From: Candidatus Aminicenantes bacterium
GTDB taxonomy: Bacteria > Acidobacteriota > Aminicenantia > S016-38
Direction of reading: 5' to 3'
Assembly: GCA_027025175.1 (NCBI GenBank)
Contig: JALVRF010000143.1
Span: 1,863-65,862 of the forward strand
DNA: 64,000 nt
In this document: piece by piece, positions 26,652-37,100 of the stretch
How positions within the stretch are numbered: position 1 is the stretch's first letter
How the letters are laid out: each line of letters starts with the position of its first letter
Notes under the pieces: generated by a model
The model's input: only the letters and a program-made list of their open reading frames with translations
Database searches by the model: none
What the model was told of the DNA's origin: nothing
Translations under genes and position numbers: made by a program

Positions 26652-26927
26652 ATGGTTGCCAGAAGGTATCTAATTTCAGGGATAGTTCAGGGGGTTGGCT
26701 TTCGGTATTTTGTAAAAAGGAAGGCTGACCTTTACGGGCTGGCAGGATGGGTTCGCAACCTTCCCGATGGAAGAGTTGAGGTTTTTGCCCAGGGAGAGGA
26801 GGAGGCCATCGGGGAACTGGAAAGGGACCTGGAAAGGGGACCTTCCCTGGCCAGGGTAGAGAAGGTTGAGAAATTTGATGTTTCCCCGGAAAAGGGATTA
26901 AATTGGTTTGAGATAAGGTTCTTTTAG
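26652..26927 (+). CDS. acyP: Acylphosphatase
   Basis: GIVQGVGFRYFV...GWVRNLPDGRVEVFAQGEEEAI matches both acylphosphatase signatures. 91 aa. Confidence 0.85.
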   Translation: MVARRYLISGIVQGVGFRYFVKRKADLYGLAGWVRNLPDGRVEVFAQGEEEAIGELERDLERGPSLARVEKVEKFDVSPEKGLNWFEIRFF

Positions 26928-26935
26928 GGGGAAAA

Positions 26936-27481
26936 ATGGAAAGGAACGAGGCATTGAAACTTCTCAAAGAAAACATGAAAAACAGGAATCTTATAAAACA
27001 CTCCCTGGCCGTTGAGGCATGCATGAGAGCCCTGGCTCAGGAAATGGGCGAAGACCCTGATCGCTGGGGGCTTGCCGGGCTTCTCCACGACATTGATTAT
27101 GAATCCACCATGGACAGGCCAGAGGAACATGGTCTCAAGGCCATGGAAATACTTAAAGACAGGATAAAGGACGAGGAAGTCCTTCACGCCATTCGGGCTC
27201 ATGCTTACAAAGAGGAACCGAAAACCAAGATGGCCTGGGCCCTTTATTCCGCAGACCCCCTTACAGGATTAATAGTGGCCGCAGCCCTGATGCATCCCAC
27301 CAAAAGCCTGGAAGGGGTTGACCTCAGGTTTTTAAAGAGGAGGTTCAGGGAAAAAAGATTCGCTGCAGGGGCAGATAGGGAACAGATTAAAAAATGCGAA
27401 AACCTCGGTCTTGACCTGGACAGGTTCATGGAAATCTGCCTCAATGCCATGAAGGAAATTTCCGGGGAACTGGGGCTTTAA
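26936..27481 (+). CDS. HD/HDIG-domain phosphohydrolase
   Basis: KHSLAVEACMRALAQEMG...AGLLHDIDYES has the H..HD metal motif. 181 aa. Confidence 0.7.
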   Translation: MERNEALKLLKENMKNRNLIKHSLAVEACMRALAQEMGEDPDRWGLAGLLHDIDYESTMDRPEEHGLKAMEILKDRIKDEEVLHAIRAHAYKEEPKTKMAWALYSADPLTGLIVAAALMHPTKSLEGVDLRFLKRRFREKRFAAGADREQIKKCENLGLDLDRFMEICLNAMKEISGELGL

Positions 27482-27488
27482 GAGGAAA

Positions 27489-28649
27489 TTATTCCCCGGC
27501 AATTTTCTCTAAAAGACGGGAGAGAACAGAGTCGCAGGCAAGGGGAGAGCTTCTTACCAGGGTAAGGGATTTTACCCCAGTGCCTGCCATACGAAAATGC
27601 ACCAAAGTCCCGGATGCCTCCATCCCTGCAAGCATACCCTGGAAACTAAAAACCCCCCTTTTCACTTTCCCCCGGGTTATGGAGGTGTAATAGGCTCCGG
27701 CCAGGAGAAAATAAGTGGAAATTATTCTCCTCTGAAGGGAAAGGTTGTAGGGATAGGGACAGACCTCCCCTGTGATATCCCTTTCGGGAAGGGTTCCCAT
27801 GCTAAGCGGAGCGGCAAGAGTTTTGAATCTATCCCAGGGGAGAAGAATTCTCCATCCCCAGTGCCGGGCAACCTCCTTTCTTCCCACCTTTACCCCTTCA
27901 ACTTCCAGCCTTCGGGCAAAGATAAGGGAGGCCCTGGTCAGGTCTGAAATGTATTCCATCTGGCCTCGCTCACCCATACACACATACCTCACCAGGGAAT
28001 TATGAAGGGCCAGGGCGGAAAGGGAGAGAATCTGATAAGGCAGGGGATTCAGGCGACAACAGAGAAAAGGGGAGCAATCCTTCTTCGTGGCCGAAAATTT
28101 ATAGGGACGAGTATACATCTCCAGGAAAAGGCGAACTGCCAGAGGAAAGGAATTGTCCCTTTTTCCGAGAATAGTTCTATAACGGGAGGAAGCCAGAAGG
28201 TCCACCAAAGCATTCCTGTAAGTCCTTGAGGTTATAGGAAATCCCTTCTCCTTTTTTGTCCGTCTTCTTTCCATATACTTCACTTTCACCAGTTTCTTTA
28301 AAATATCTTCCTGGACAAGTTCCTCCCCTTCCCCGAGTTTTGACCTCATAAAATCAAGGAATTCCCCTGTCTCCGTGAGCAACCTTTCAGGGGGAGGACT
28401 CTTCCAGGAAATCAAAACTGCCCTGAAATCCCTCTCGTATTTTTTTCTCAGGTAAAGCAGGTCAAATAGGTCAGGCCCTGTCACCGTCCTGGAAAGGTTA
28501 ACCCTGAGTTCCATCTGGTCATAAAGGAAAAACCCGTATATGAGCAAAATCACGCCCAGCAAAACCAGGAAAATCCACTTTATTACTCCCCGCCAGTTTT
28601 TTCTAATTATCAGGACAAAGAGCCTATAGGGATTAAAGGAAGGAAGCAT
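27489..28649 (-). CDS. Hypothetical membrane-anchored protein (386 aa)
   Basis: Single N-terminal TM (IKWIFLVLLGVILLIYGFFLY), then a soluble domain with several Cys (DCSPFLCCRLNP). No family recognised. Last gene of the sirtuin-radC-pmm operon. Confidence 0.5.
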   Translation of the reverse strand: MLPSFNPYRLFVLIIRKNWRGVIKWIFLVLLGVILLIYGFFLYDQMELRVNLSRTVTGPDLFDLLYLRKKYERDFRAVLISWKSPPPERLLTETGEFLDFMRSKLGEGEELVQEDILKKLVKVKYMERRRTKKEKGFPITSRTYRNALVDLLASSRYRTILGKRDNSFPLAVRLFLEMYTRPYKFSATKKDCSPFLCCRLNPLPYQILSLSALALHNSLVRYVCMGERGQMEYISDLTRASLIFARRLEVEGVKVGRKEVARHWGWRILLPWDRFKTLAAPLSMGTLPERDITGEVCPYPYNLSLQRRIISTYFLLAGAYYTSITRGKVKRGVFSFQGMLAGMEASGTLVHFRMAGTGVKSLTLVRSSPLACDSVLSRLLEKIAGE

Positions 28650-30029
28650 TCAGAGAAACTCCCTCACAACCCCCTCAACTTCCTTTCTTATTCTTTCCAG
28701 GGCTTCGGGGGAGGAGGCCTCAAACCTCAGGACGAGAACCGGCTGGGTGTTGGAGGCCCTCACCAGGGCCCAACCGTCTGGGTATTCTATTCTTACCCCG
28801 TCTATGTCAATCACGGGATAATCAGGATGAAGTTCCCTGAGTTTTTCTTTTATCTTTTCCACCGCTTCAAATTTCCGCTCTTCGGTGGTCTCCACCCTGA
28901 TCTCCGGGGTAGAAAAGGACCTGGGCAGGGAATCAACTATGGAAGAAAGGGGCTCGTTAACGTTGGAAAGGTATTCCAGGAGTCTGGCCGACGAGTATAT
29001 GGCATCGTCAAAGCCGTAATAGCGGTCAGCGTAGAATATGTGACCGCTCATTTCCCCTGCCAGCAGGGCTCCTTCCTCCTTCATCTTCTTTTTGATGAAG
29101 GAATGCCCGGTTTTCCACATTATGGGAATTCCTCCCAGCCTCTTTATCTCCTCAAAAAGGAATTTTGACGCTTTAACATCGGATATTATCTTTGCCCCGG
29201 GATTTTTCTGGAGAACATCCCTTATCAGAACCATCATAATCTGGTCCCCGAAAAGGAGCCTTCCCTTATCGTCCACAACCCCCAAACGGTCAGCGTCCCC
29301 GTCGTAGCCGATTCCTACCTCCGCTTTAAGGGACACGGTTTTCCTGGAAAGTTCCTTCATGTTTTCAGGCACTGTGGGATCAGGGTGGTGATTGGGAAAT
29401 CTTCCGTCCACCTCACAGTAGAGGGTATGGACCTCGTGTCCCATCCTTTCAAAAAGCTCTCTGGCAACGAAACACCCCACCCCGTTTCCCCCATCCACCA
29501 CAATTTTCATCTTCCTGCTGGGGTGAACATTGGCGAGGACGAAATTAATGTAAACCTGGACCACCTCCCTCTTTTTCACCTTACCTTCTCCCTCTTCAAA
29601 ATCATCTTTCTCTATAATTCTATAGAGTTCCTTTATCTCCGGCCCATAGAGGGTTTCCTTTCCGCAAAGAACTTTGAAGCCGTTGTAGTCCGGAGGATTG
29701 TGGGAACCCGTTATCATCACTCCCCCATCCTTCTCCCAGTGAAAAATGGCGAAATAGGTCAGGGGAGTAGGCACCATGCCTATGTCCACCACATCCACTC
29801 CGGTTGATGTTATCCCGTCTACCAGCCAGTCCCTGAGTTTGGGAGAAGAAAGCCTTCCGTCCCTGCCCACAACTATCTCCTTTCCGCATCCTCTTTTTAT
29901 GTAGGAACCTATGGACTTTCCTATAAGAAAGACCGCCTCCTGATGCAGTTCTTTTTCAAAAATGCCACGAATGTCGTAGTTTCTGAATATATGGGACGCT
30001 ATCTTTGCCATTTCAACCTCCTTCTTCAA
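28650..30029 (-). CDS. Phosphomannomutase/phosphoglucomutase (alpha-D-phosphohexomutase family)
   Basis: Active-site serine loop ITGSHNPPDYNGFK. Metal-binding DGDADR. N-terminal IFRNYDIRGI. 459 aa. Confidence 0.85.
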   Translation of the reverse strand: MKKEVEMAKIASHIFRNYDIRGIFEKELHQEAVFLIGKSIGSYIKRGCGKEIVVGRDGRLSSPKLRDWLVDGITSTGVDVVDIGMVPTPLTYFAIFHWEKDGGVMITGSHNPPDYNGFKVLCGKETLYGPEIKELYRIIEKDDFEEGEGKVKKREVVQVYINFVLANVHPSRKMKIVVDGGNGVGCFVARELFERMGHEVHTLYCEVDGRFPNHHPDPTVPENMKELSRKTVSLKAEVGIGYDGDADRLGVVDDKGRLLFGDQIMMVLIRDVLQKNPGAKIISDVKASKFLFEEIKRLGGIPIMWKTGHSFIKKKMKEEGALLAGEMSGHIFYADRYYGFDDAIYSSARLLEYLSNVNEPLSSIVDSLPRSFSTPEIRVETTEERKFEAVEKIKEKLRELHPDYPVIDIDGVRIEYPDGWALVRASNTQPVLVLRFEASSPEALERIRKEVEGVVREFL

Positions 30030-30684
30030 AACTGAAGAATTTATCCCCTCCTATAATTATGTGGTCCAGGAGATCTATGTCAAGAAGGGAAGCGGCCTTT
30101 CTTATCCTCTCGGTTAAAGCCCGATCCTGGGCCGAAGGTTCTGGATTTCCAGAGGGATGATTGTGGAAAATTATAAGTCTCGTTGCCCCTATTTCCAGGG
30201 CCCTCTTCATGAGGAGCCCAACATCTACCATGGAGTTTTTTCTCCCCCCGCTGTGGAGAACCTCTGCCTTGAGGACCAGGTTGGATTGATTCAGGTATAT
30301 GGCCCCGAAAAATTCCCTCTTCCTGAAGGAAAACATGGCCTTCAGAAACTCCACCGCATCCAAGGGGCTCTTTATCCTCTTACCCTTAAGGCTTCCGGAG
30401 GAAAGCCTGCCTGCCAGGGAAAGGGCTGCCTTTACCTGGGCTGCCTTGGCCCTTCCCATTCCGGCAAAGGACGACAGTTTATCCAGAGACCAGGAGGCAA
30501 GTTCCTTTAAACCTCCACCTTCCTTCAAAAGTTCATGAGCAAGGTCTAAGGCAGATTTTCCCCTACTCCCACTCCCCAGGATTATTGCCAGGAGTTCCGC
30601 ATCCGAAAGAGCCCCCTCCCCCCTCTCCCAGAGTTTCTCCCTGGGCCGTGAACTCTCAGGAAGGTCCTTTATTCTGTAACTCAT
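30013..30684 (-). CDS. radC: RadC-like JAB/MPN-domain protein (UPF0758)
   Basis: N-terminal HhH region (SDAELLAIILGSGSRGKSALDLAHELL). C-terminal JAMM motif HNHPSGNPEPSAQD. Confidence 0.85.
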   Translation of the reverse strand: MSYRIKDLPESSRPREKLWERGEGALSDAELLAIILGSGSRGKSALDLAHELLKEGGGLKELASWSLDKLSSFAGMGRAKAAQVKAALSLAGRLSSGSLKGKRIKSPLDAVEFLKAMFSFRKREFFGAIYLNQSNLVLKAEVLHSGGRKNSMVDVGLLMKRALEIGATRLIIFHNHPSGNPEPSAQDRALTERIRKAASLLDIDLLDHIIIGGDKFFSFEEGG

Positions 30685-31354
30685 AAAAAACCCTCCTTAA
30701 ACCCGAACTGGCTTTATCCTGAACGAAAAGGTCCGCTATCTGAACATGAGGGGTGGGCTGGGGATTCACCACATAAACCTCGGCCCCAAAGCCCCTGGCA
30801 ACGAAAGGGAGCTGGGCCGCCGGTTGAACCAGACCGGAAGTCCCCACCACAATGAAAACCTCGGCCCACCCGGCGAGTTCAAAACTTTTCCTTACTGCCT
30901 CCCCAGGAAGGGCCTCCCCAAACCAAACAACATCGGGCCTTGCCAGTCCTCCACAGGAAGGGCATTTCGGAGGAATCCCCATGCATGCCTTCTCGTCCTC
31001 CCATTTCCTCCCACAGGAGGTGCACCTCTGCCTCCAGATGTTTCCATGTAACTCCACAACCTTCCGGCTCCCTGCCCTCTGGTGAAGACCGTCCACATTC
31101 TGGGTAATTACCCAGAGGTCAAATTCCCTTTCCATTTCAGCCAGAAGTCTGTGAGCCTCATTGGGCTCTGCCCCGGAAATAACCTCCCTCCTCCAGCAAT
31201 ACCACCTCCAGACCTTTGCCGGATCCTGGCGGAAAGCCTCAGGGGTAGCCAGCTCCTCGGGCTTTGCTCCCTCCCATAGCCCGCCTTTGTCTCTGAAGGT
31301 GGGAACTCCGCTTTCGGCTGAAATCCCTGCTCCTGTAAGCACAACCACCCTCAT
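30656..31354 (-). CDS. cobB: NAD-dependent protein deacylase, sirtuin (Sir2/CobB family)
   Basis: GAGISAESGVPTFR, QNVDGLH and ELHG motifs. Zn-ribbon Cys pairs (CTSCG...CPSCGG). 232 aa. Confidence 0.85.
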   Translation of the reverse strand: MRVVVLTGAGISAESGVPTFRDKGGLWEGAKPEELATPEAFRQDPAKVWRWYCWRREVISGAEPNEAHRLLAEMEREFDLWVITQNVDGLHQRAGSRKVVELHGNIWRQRCTSCGRKWEDEKACMGIPPKCPSCGGLARPDVVWFGEALPGEAVRKSFELAGWAEVFIVVGTSGLVQPAAQLPFVARGFGAEVYVVNPQPTPHVQIADLFVQDKASSGLRRVFYELQNKGPS

Positions 31355-31445
31355 GGTGAAATTCTAACACCTGTGAAAGCAAAAACTTGAACAAATTTAC
31401 GCCTTAGAGTTAAAATAATCGTTCAAAATTTTACGGAGGAAAAAA

Positions 31446-32549
31446 ATGACCCCAGAAATTCATGAAATAGGTAAAAATTTTTATCTAATTAAAAGCAAGG
31501 AAAAGGACTTTCATCGCAACATATACATAAAGAAGTTCGTGGGGCCCCATGGAGAAAGCATAAACATGGTGATGGACCCGGGAACCGCCCTGGACTATCC
31601 TTCCCTCAGTAAGGCGACCAAAGAACTAATAGGTGGGATTAAGAACATTCACATAATTTTCCTGAGCCATCAGGATCCCGATGTTTCCTCCAATATCTCC
31701 CCTATTCTGGCCTCGGCTCCCAAGGCCATGGTTTTCACATCAATAGACACATGGAGACTTGTGAAGATGTATGGAATTCCGGAACAGAGGTTCAAACCCG
31801 TGGAATCCTTCAAAAACGATGTGCTCAAAATAAAAAGAACCGGAACCTTCATCCAGTTTGTACCTGCCAGATACTGCCACTTCAGGGGCGCCTATATGTT
31901 TTATGACCACGAAAGCCGCATTCTCTTTTCAGGGGACTTCATGGCAGGATTAAACACAAAGAAGGACCCGGGAATTTATGCTAACGAGGAATCCTGGGAG
32001 GGAATTTCCCTTTTTCATCAGATATACATGCCAACCCAGAAGGCGCTTCGGGCCACGGTGGATAGAATAGGCCTTCTGTCCCCGCCTCCGGAAGTTATTG
32101 CCCCTCAGCACGGGGATGTGGTGGCTGGAGAATTTCTCGCTGAATTCCTTACCAGGCTCTCTTCTTTGTCCGTGGGAGTGGACTTAGAGGAAGGTCTGGA
32201 GGCGGAAAAAGAAAGCCTGATTTTAGCCCTTACCTCTTTTATGGACATGCTGGAAATGCTTTATCCTGAAGTTCACTCATCTCTGCTTGATACCCTGACC
32301 CATAGTGGCGATTTTACCACTGTGTTTGATGTGGCTGGAGGAACAATAAAGGGTGTGAAATTGATCCCCTCATCCGCCATCCATTATTTCTGGAAAGCCC
32401 TCGCTGGCTCCTCCCCTGAGGAAACCCACGATGAACTCAGAGGAATGTTTATAAGCAGCCTTAATAGTTTTGGGCTGGAGATTCCCCCCTCCCTCAAGGA
32501 AGAGGAGAAAAAGGAGGGTTCTATAGACCTTACGAAAATGTTCGGCTGA
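31446..32549 (+). CDS. Metallo-beta-lactamase-fold protein with a degenerate metal motif (FprA/ODP-like N-domain)
   Basis: Has IIFLSHQDPDVSSN in place of the canonical HxHxDH. Downstream His/Asp positions are present (ILFSGDF, PQHGD). 367 aa. Confidence 0.45.
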   Translation: MTPEIHEIGKNFYLIKSKEKDFHRNIYIKKFVGPHGESINMVMDPGTALDYPSLSKATKELIGGIKNIHIIFLSHQDPDVSSNISPILASAPKAMVFTSIDTWRLVKMYGIPEQRFKPVESFKNDVLKIKRTGTFIQFVPARYCHFRGAYMFYDHESRILFSGDFMAGLNTKKDPGIYANEESWEGISLFHQIYMPTQKALRATVDRIGLLSPPPEVIAPQHGDVVAGEFLAEFLTRLSSLSVGVDLEEGLEAEKESLILALTSFMDMLEMLYPEVHSSLLDTLTHSGDFTTVFDVAGGTIKGVKLIPSSAIHYFWKALAGSSPEETHDELRGMFISSLNSFGLEIPPSLKEEEKKEGSIDLTKMFG

Positions 32550-32632
32550 CGCTTGTCTCCTGATCTGAAAAGTTCTTAATATTAATTCCGAACCAATGGG
32601 AGCCTTTATTTAAAAATTTTTCATTCAATTAT

Positions 32633-32661
32633 TTGACTTTTTACTAATATTGTAATATTAT
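32633..32661 (+). promoter_or_regulatory. Sigma70-type promoter upstream of the hdr-mvh operon
   Basis: TTGACT (32633-32638), a 17-nt spacer, then TATTAT (32656-32661), in an AT-rich 145-nt intergenic region. RBS AGGAGG at 32683-32688 before the hdrC ATG. Confidence 0.5.
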
Positions 32662-32693
32662 AAAATTGATGAAATCCCCCTCAGGAGGTTCTT

Positions 32694-33272
32694 ATGAAGT
32701 TTAAAAGAACCATCAGGTATGAGGGGGAGCTGGACAGGTCTCTTTATTATTACATGCTCTCTCTGCCGGAAGGGGAGGGCATAATCAGATGCATCCAGTG
32801 CGGAACCTGTTCCGGAGTATGTCCCCTCTCCATTTATATGGATTTCACACCCAGAAAACTGATAGCCCTGGTGAGGGAAGGTTTCAGCATGGATGTTCTC
32901 TCAAGTTTTACCATTTGGCTTTGCTCCTCCTGTTATGCATGCACTGTTTCCTGTCCCCAGGAGATCAAAATCACGGAAATAATGTACGCCCTGAAAAGGA
33001 AGGCCATTGAGGAGGGGGTTTACCCCAGAAGATTCCCGGTTCCTGTTCTGGCCAGGGAATTTTTCCAAATGGTCCTGAGAAACGGCAGGAGCAGTGAGTC
33101 CCTTCTCGTTTTAAACCTCATCCTGAAGACTAACATTTCAAAGGCCCTTTCCTACGTTCCCCTCGGCCTAAAACTCCTTAAAACGCGGCGCCTCAGTCTG
33201 AAGAAAGAACGAACGCCAGGGGCTTCGGAGGTTAAGGCCATTCTTGAAGGTCTAAAGGAGGGTGGGCCATGA
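32694..33272 (+). CDS. hdrC: Heterodisulfide reductase subunit C-like (two [4Fe-4S] ferredoxin motifs)
   Basis: CIQCGTCSGVCP and CSSCYACTVSCP cluster motifs. 192 aa. Confidence 0.8.
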   Translation: MKFKRTIRYEGELDRSLYYYMLSLPEGEGIIRCIQCGTCSGVCPLSIYMDFTPRKLIALVREGFSMDVLSSFTIWLCSSCYACTVSCPQEIKITEIMYALKRKAIEEGVYPRRFPVPVLAREFFQMVLRNGRSSESLLVLNLILKTNISKALSYVPLGLKLLKTRRLSLKKERTPGASEVKAILEGLKEGGP

Positions 33273-34123
33273 GATACGCTTATTATCCAGGATGCTCACT
33301 GAAGGGCACGGGAAAGGCTTACGAGAAAAGCACCCTGGCTCTGTTCACAGCTCTGGACATTGAACTTGTAGAGATACCTGACTGGAATTGTTGCGGGGCT
33401 ACAGCATACATGGCCGTTGATGAAATTGCTTCTGCTGCTCTTAGTTTCAGGAATCTGGTTCTGGCTCAGGAAATGGGTATGAAGAAAATCGTGGCTCCCT
33501 GCAGTGCCTGTTATCTTAATCTCATCCGGGCGAAAAAAATCTATTTGGGAAATGGACCTGCCAGGGAAAAACTCTGTAAGGCTCTGGAAAAGGCAAATCT
33601 GGAGTTTGACTGTTCGGCTCTCCCTGAGGTTCTTCATCCCCTTCAGGTCCTCACCGAGGACCTGGGGATAGAGAAATTTAAGGAAAGGGTAAAAAGGCCT
33701 TTAAAGGGATGGAATTTAGTTCCCTATTACGGTTGTCAGGTAGCAAGGCCCTATGACGGCTATGACGACCCGGTTTATCCTGTAAAAATGGACCTTCTCC
33801 TTGAAGCCGCTGGGGCACAGGTGATTTCCGATTACCCATTAAAAACCCGATGCTGCGGTGGCTCCCTGACCGGGACTATTGAGAATGTGGGAATAAGGCT
33901 TAATTTTCTCCTGATTAAAGAAGCTAAGAAAAGGGGAGGGGAGGCTATAGTCACCATCTGTCCCCTCTGTCAGTTCAACCTGGAAATGTACCAGGGAAAA
34001 ATGGAGGAAAAATTCAGGATGCCTGTACTTTATCTTCCGCAGGTTCTCGGTCTGGCCCTGGGTCTAAGTCCTGAGGAACTGGGGTTCCAGCACCTTGTCT
34101 ATAAACCCCATATGGAGGTTTAA
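33269..34123 (+). CDS. hdrB: Heterodisulfide reductase subunit B-like (CCG-domain protein)
   Basis: Two Cys-rich CCG-type domains: PGCSL...DWNCCGA and YYGCQ...RCCGGS. ATGA overlap with hdrC. Confidence 0.8.
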   Translation: MRYAYYPGCSLKGTGKAYEKSTLALFTALDIELVEIPDWNCCGATAYMAVDEIASAALSFRNLVLAQEMGMKKIVAPCSACYLNLIRAKKIYLGNGPAREKLCKALEKANLEFDCSALPEVLHPLQVLTEDLGIEKFKERVKRPLKGWNLVPYYGCQVARPYDGYDDPVYPVKMDLLLEAAGAQVISDYPLKTRCCGGSLTGTIENVGIRLNFLLIKEAKKRGGEAIVTICPLCQFNLEMYQGKMEEKFRMPVLYLPQVLGLALGLSPEELGFQHLVYKPHMEV

Positions 34124-34124
34124 A

Positions 34125-37100
34125 ATGGGTGAGGAACTGAGAATAGGAGTTTATATATGTTATTGCGGTTTTAATATAGCCTCCAAGGTGAGGGTGGAGG
34201 AGGTTGCGGAATTTGCCAGCCAACTTCCCGGGGTTGTGGTTTCCAAGGCCTATAAGTACATGTGCTCCGACCCCGGGCAGGAAATGATAAAACAGGACAT
34301 AAAGGAGCACCGTCTTAACCGGGTGGTGGTGGCCTCCTGCTCTCCCCTCCTTCACGAGCACACCTTCAGGAAGGCGGTAAAGGACGGAGGGCTAAACCCC
34401 TTCCTCTTCCACATGGTTAACATAAGGGAAAATGTTTCCTGGGTTACCGAGGACGAGGACCTGGCCACTGAAAAGGCCAAGGCCTTGGTGGCAGGTGGCG
34501 TCTACAGGGTAAGCGGGCAGAAACCCCTTCAGGTGAGAAAGGCTGAGGTAAGACCGGAGGTTCTCATTATAGGCGGAGGGATAGCAGGGATTACCGCAGC
34601 CCTCAACATAGCCAATTCAGGGAAAAAGGTTTACCTGGTGGAAAGGGAGCCCTCCGTCGGTGGGATGATGGCCAAATTTGACAAGACCTTCCCAACCCTG
34701 GATTGTGCCTCCTGCATTCTCACCCCCAAAATGTCCGCGGTAGCCTCCCATCCCAACATAGAACTTCTCACCTATTCGGAAGTCAAATCCGTGGACGGTT
34801 ATATAGGCAATTTTGATGTGAAGATTCTCAAAAAAGCCAGGAGAATTATAGAAACCAAGTGCACGGGTTGTGGGGAATGCGCTGTGGTTTGTCCGGTGGA
34901 ATTTCCCAGTGAGTTTGACGAATTCCTGGGGAAGAGAAGGGCAACTTACAGACCCTTTGCCCAGGCTGTGCCCAACATTTATGTTATAGAAAAAATAGGC
35001 TCATCTCCCTGCACCTTCACCTGTCCTGCGGGTATCCAGGCCCACGGATATGTGGCCCTGGCAGGGGCCAGAAAATTTGAGGAGGCCTTTGAACTGATAA
35101 TGGAGGCAACCCCCCTGGTGGCCACCTTAGGAAGGGCCTGCTACGCCCCCTGCGAGGAAGAATGCACCTGCAACGAACTGGAAGGAACTGTTTTAATAAG
35201 GAGAATAAAGAGGTTCATTGCCGATTATTATTATGCCAAGCATCCAAAGCCACCCTATGGTCCAGCAGAAAGGAAGTCCAATAAAAGGGTAGCCGTGGTG
35301 GGGAGCGGTCCCGCCGGGTTAACCGCAGCCTATCATCTGGCAAAGAAAGGTTACGGAGTAACTATATTTGAGGCTGAGCCTCAGCCTGGAGGGATGCTCA
35401 GAATAGGAATCCCTGAATACAGACTGCCCAAGGATGTTCTGGACAGGGACATTGCCAATGTTACCTCCTTGGGCGTGGATATAAAGACCAATCACAGGGT
35501 GGAATCCCTCAAGAGATTAAAGCAGCAGGGGTACGATGCAATTTTCGTGGCCGTGGGAGCCTGTGAGCCTAAGTGGATGGGGATAGAAGGGGAAAACCTG
35601 GAAGGGGTGGTTGGTTGCATAGACTTCCTCAGGGATGTGAACCTGGGAAGGAAAACGAACCTAAGGGGCAAGAAGGTCCTGGTAATTGGGGGAGGAAACG
35701 CCGCCATTGACCCTGCCAGGGTAGCCCTGAGGCTGGGAGCAGAAAAGGTTATCCTCATGTATCGCCGTTCCCGGGCAGAGATGCCGGCCTTCCCCGAAGA
35801 GATAGAAGCGGCGGAGAAGGAAGGGGTGGAATTTCAGTTCCTGGCGGTTCCAAGAAGGTTTACAGGACGGGATGGGAGGGTGACCAGGGCAGAGTGCATT
35901 AGAATGAGGTTGGGAGAGCCCGACGATACTGGAAGAAGAAAACCCATACCCATTCAGGGCTCCGAATTTACCGTGGAAGTGGACTTAGTAATAGAAGCCA
36001 TAGGACTTAGACCCTCCACCCATCCCTTTGCCGAAGAACTTGCCCTTAACAAAAACGGCACCATACAGGTCCATCCTGAAACCCTCCAAACCTCCCTGCC
36101 CTTTGTCTTTGCCGGAGGGGATGCGGTCTCAGGACCTTCCATAATAGTGGAAGCCATAGGCCACGCAAGAAGGGCCGCCCATTACATAGACCTTTACCTT
36201 CAGGGCAAGGATATCTCCGTTCCAAACTTTGAGGAGCTGCTACCCATGGTGGACAAACAGGAAGTGCTAAAGAGAAGACCCTATCCCATGGCCTATAGCA
36301 AACCCAAACACGAAATTTCCCTGGAGGAGAGGCGCACCACCTTCAAGGAAGTGGAACTTCCCCTCACCGAAGAGGAGGTGGTGGCAGAGGCTAAGCGCTG
36401 CCTCAACTGTGCAGTCTGCTCCGATTGTCACCAATGCATAAAGGTGTGCCCTGCCGACGCCATAGATTATTCCCAGAAGGACCAGGAGGTGGAAGTAAAG
36501 GTGGGAACAATAATCGTGGCCACCGGATTCAAAACCTTTAACCCCGAAAGAATTCCCCAGTACGGATATCGCAGATACCCCAACGTCTATACCGCTGTGG
36601 AGGGGGAAAGGCTGGTAAACTCCTCTGGACCCACGGGTGGTGAGGTAATTCTCCGCGACGGCAGAAAACCAAAGAGCATAGGAATCGTCCACTGTGTCGG
36701 GTCCAGGGACAGGAGATTCAATGAATACTGTTCCAGGGTTTGCTGTATGTATTCTCTGAAGTTGGCCCACCTTCTCAAGGAGAGAACTGGTGCTGAGGTT
36801 TACAATTTCTACATAGACATAAGAACCCCTGGAAAGGGTTACGAGGAGTTCTATCACAGGTTAATGGAAGAGGGGGTTCACTTCATAAGGGGAAGGGTAG
36901 CGGAAATAACTGATTGGGCGGTTAAACCGGAAGAGGAAGGGAAACTGGTCATAAGGGTTGAGGATACCCTGGCAGGAGTGATAAGGAGAATTCCCGTGGA
37001 CATGGTGGTCCTTTCCGTAGGACTTGAGCCCCAGAGGGACGCCGAGCAAATAAGAAGGATGCTCAACCTCTCCTGCTCCACCGAAGGGTTCTTCCTGGAA

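Noticed and set aside
30656-31354. SIR2-domain proteins (here and at 61486-62226) as possible Thoeris/DSR-type antiphage effectors
   Set aside because: Both are short canonical sirtuins with GAGIS, QN(V/I)DGLH and HG motifs and a Zn-ribbon, that is, CobB-like deacylases. There is no TIR/SLOG/HerA partner or extended N- or C-terminal domains.
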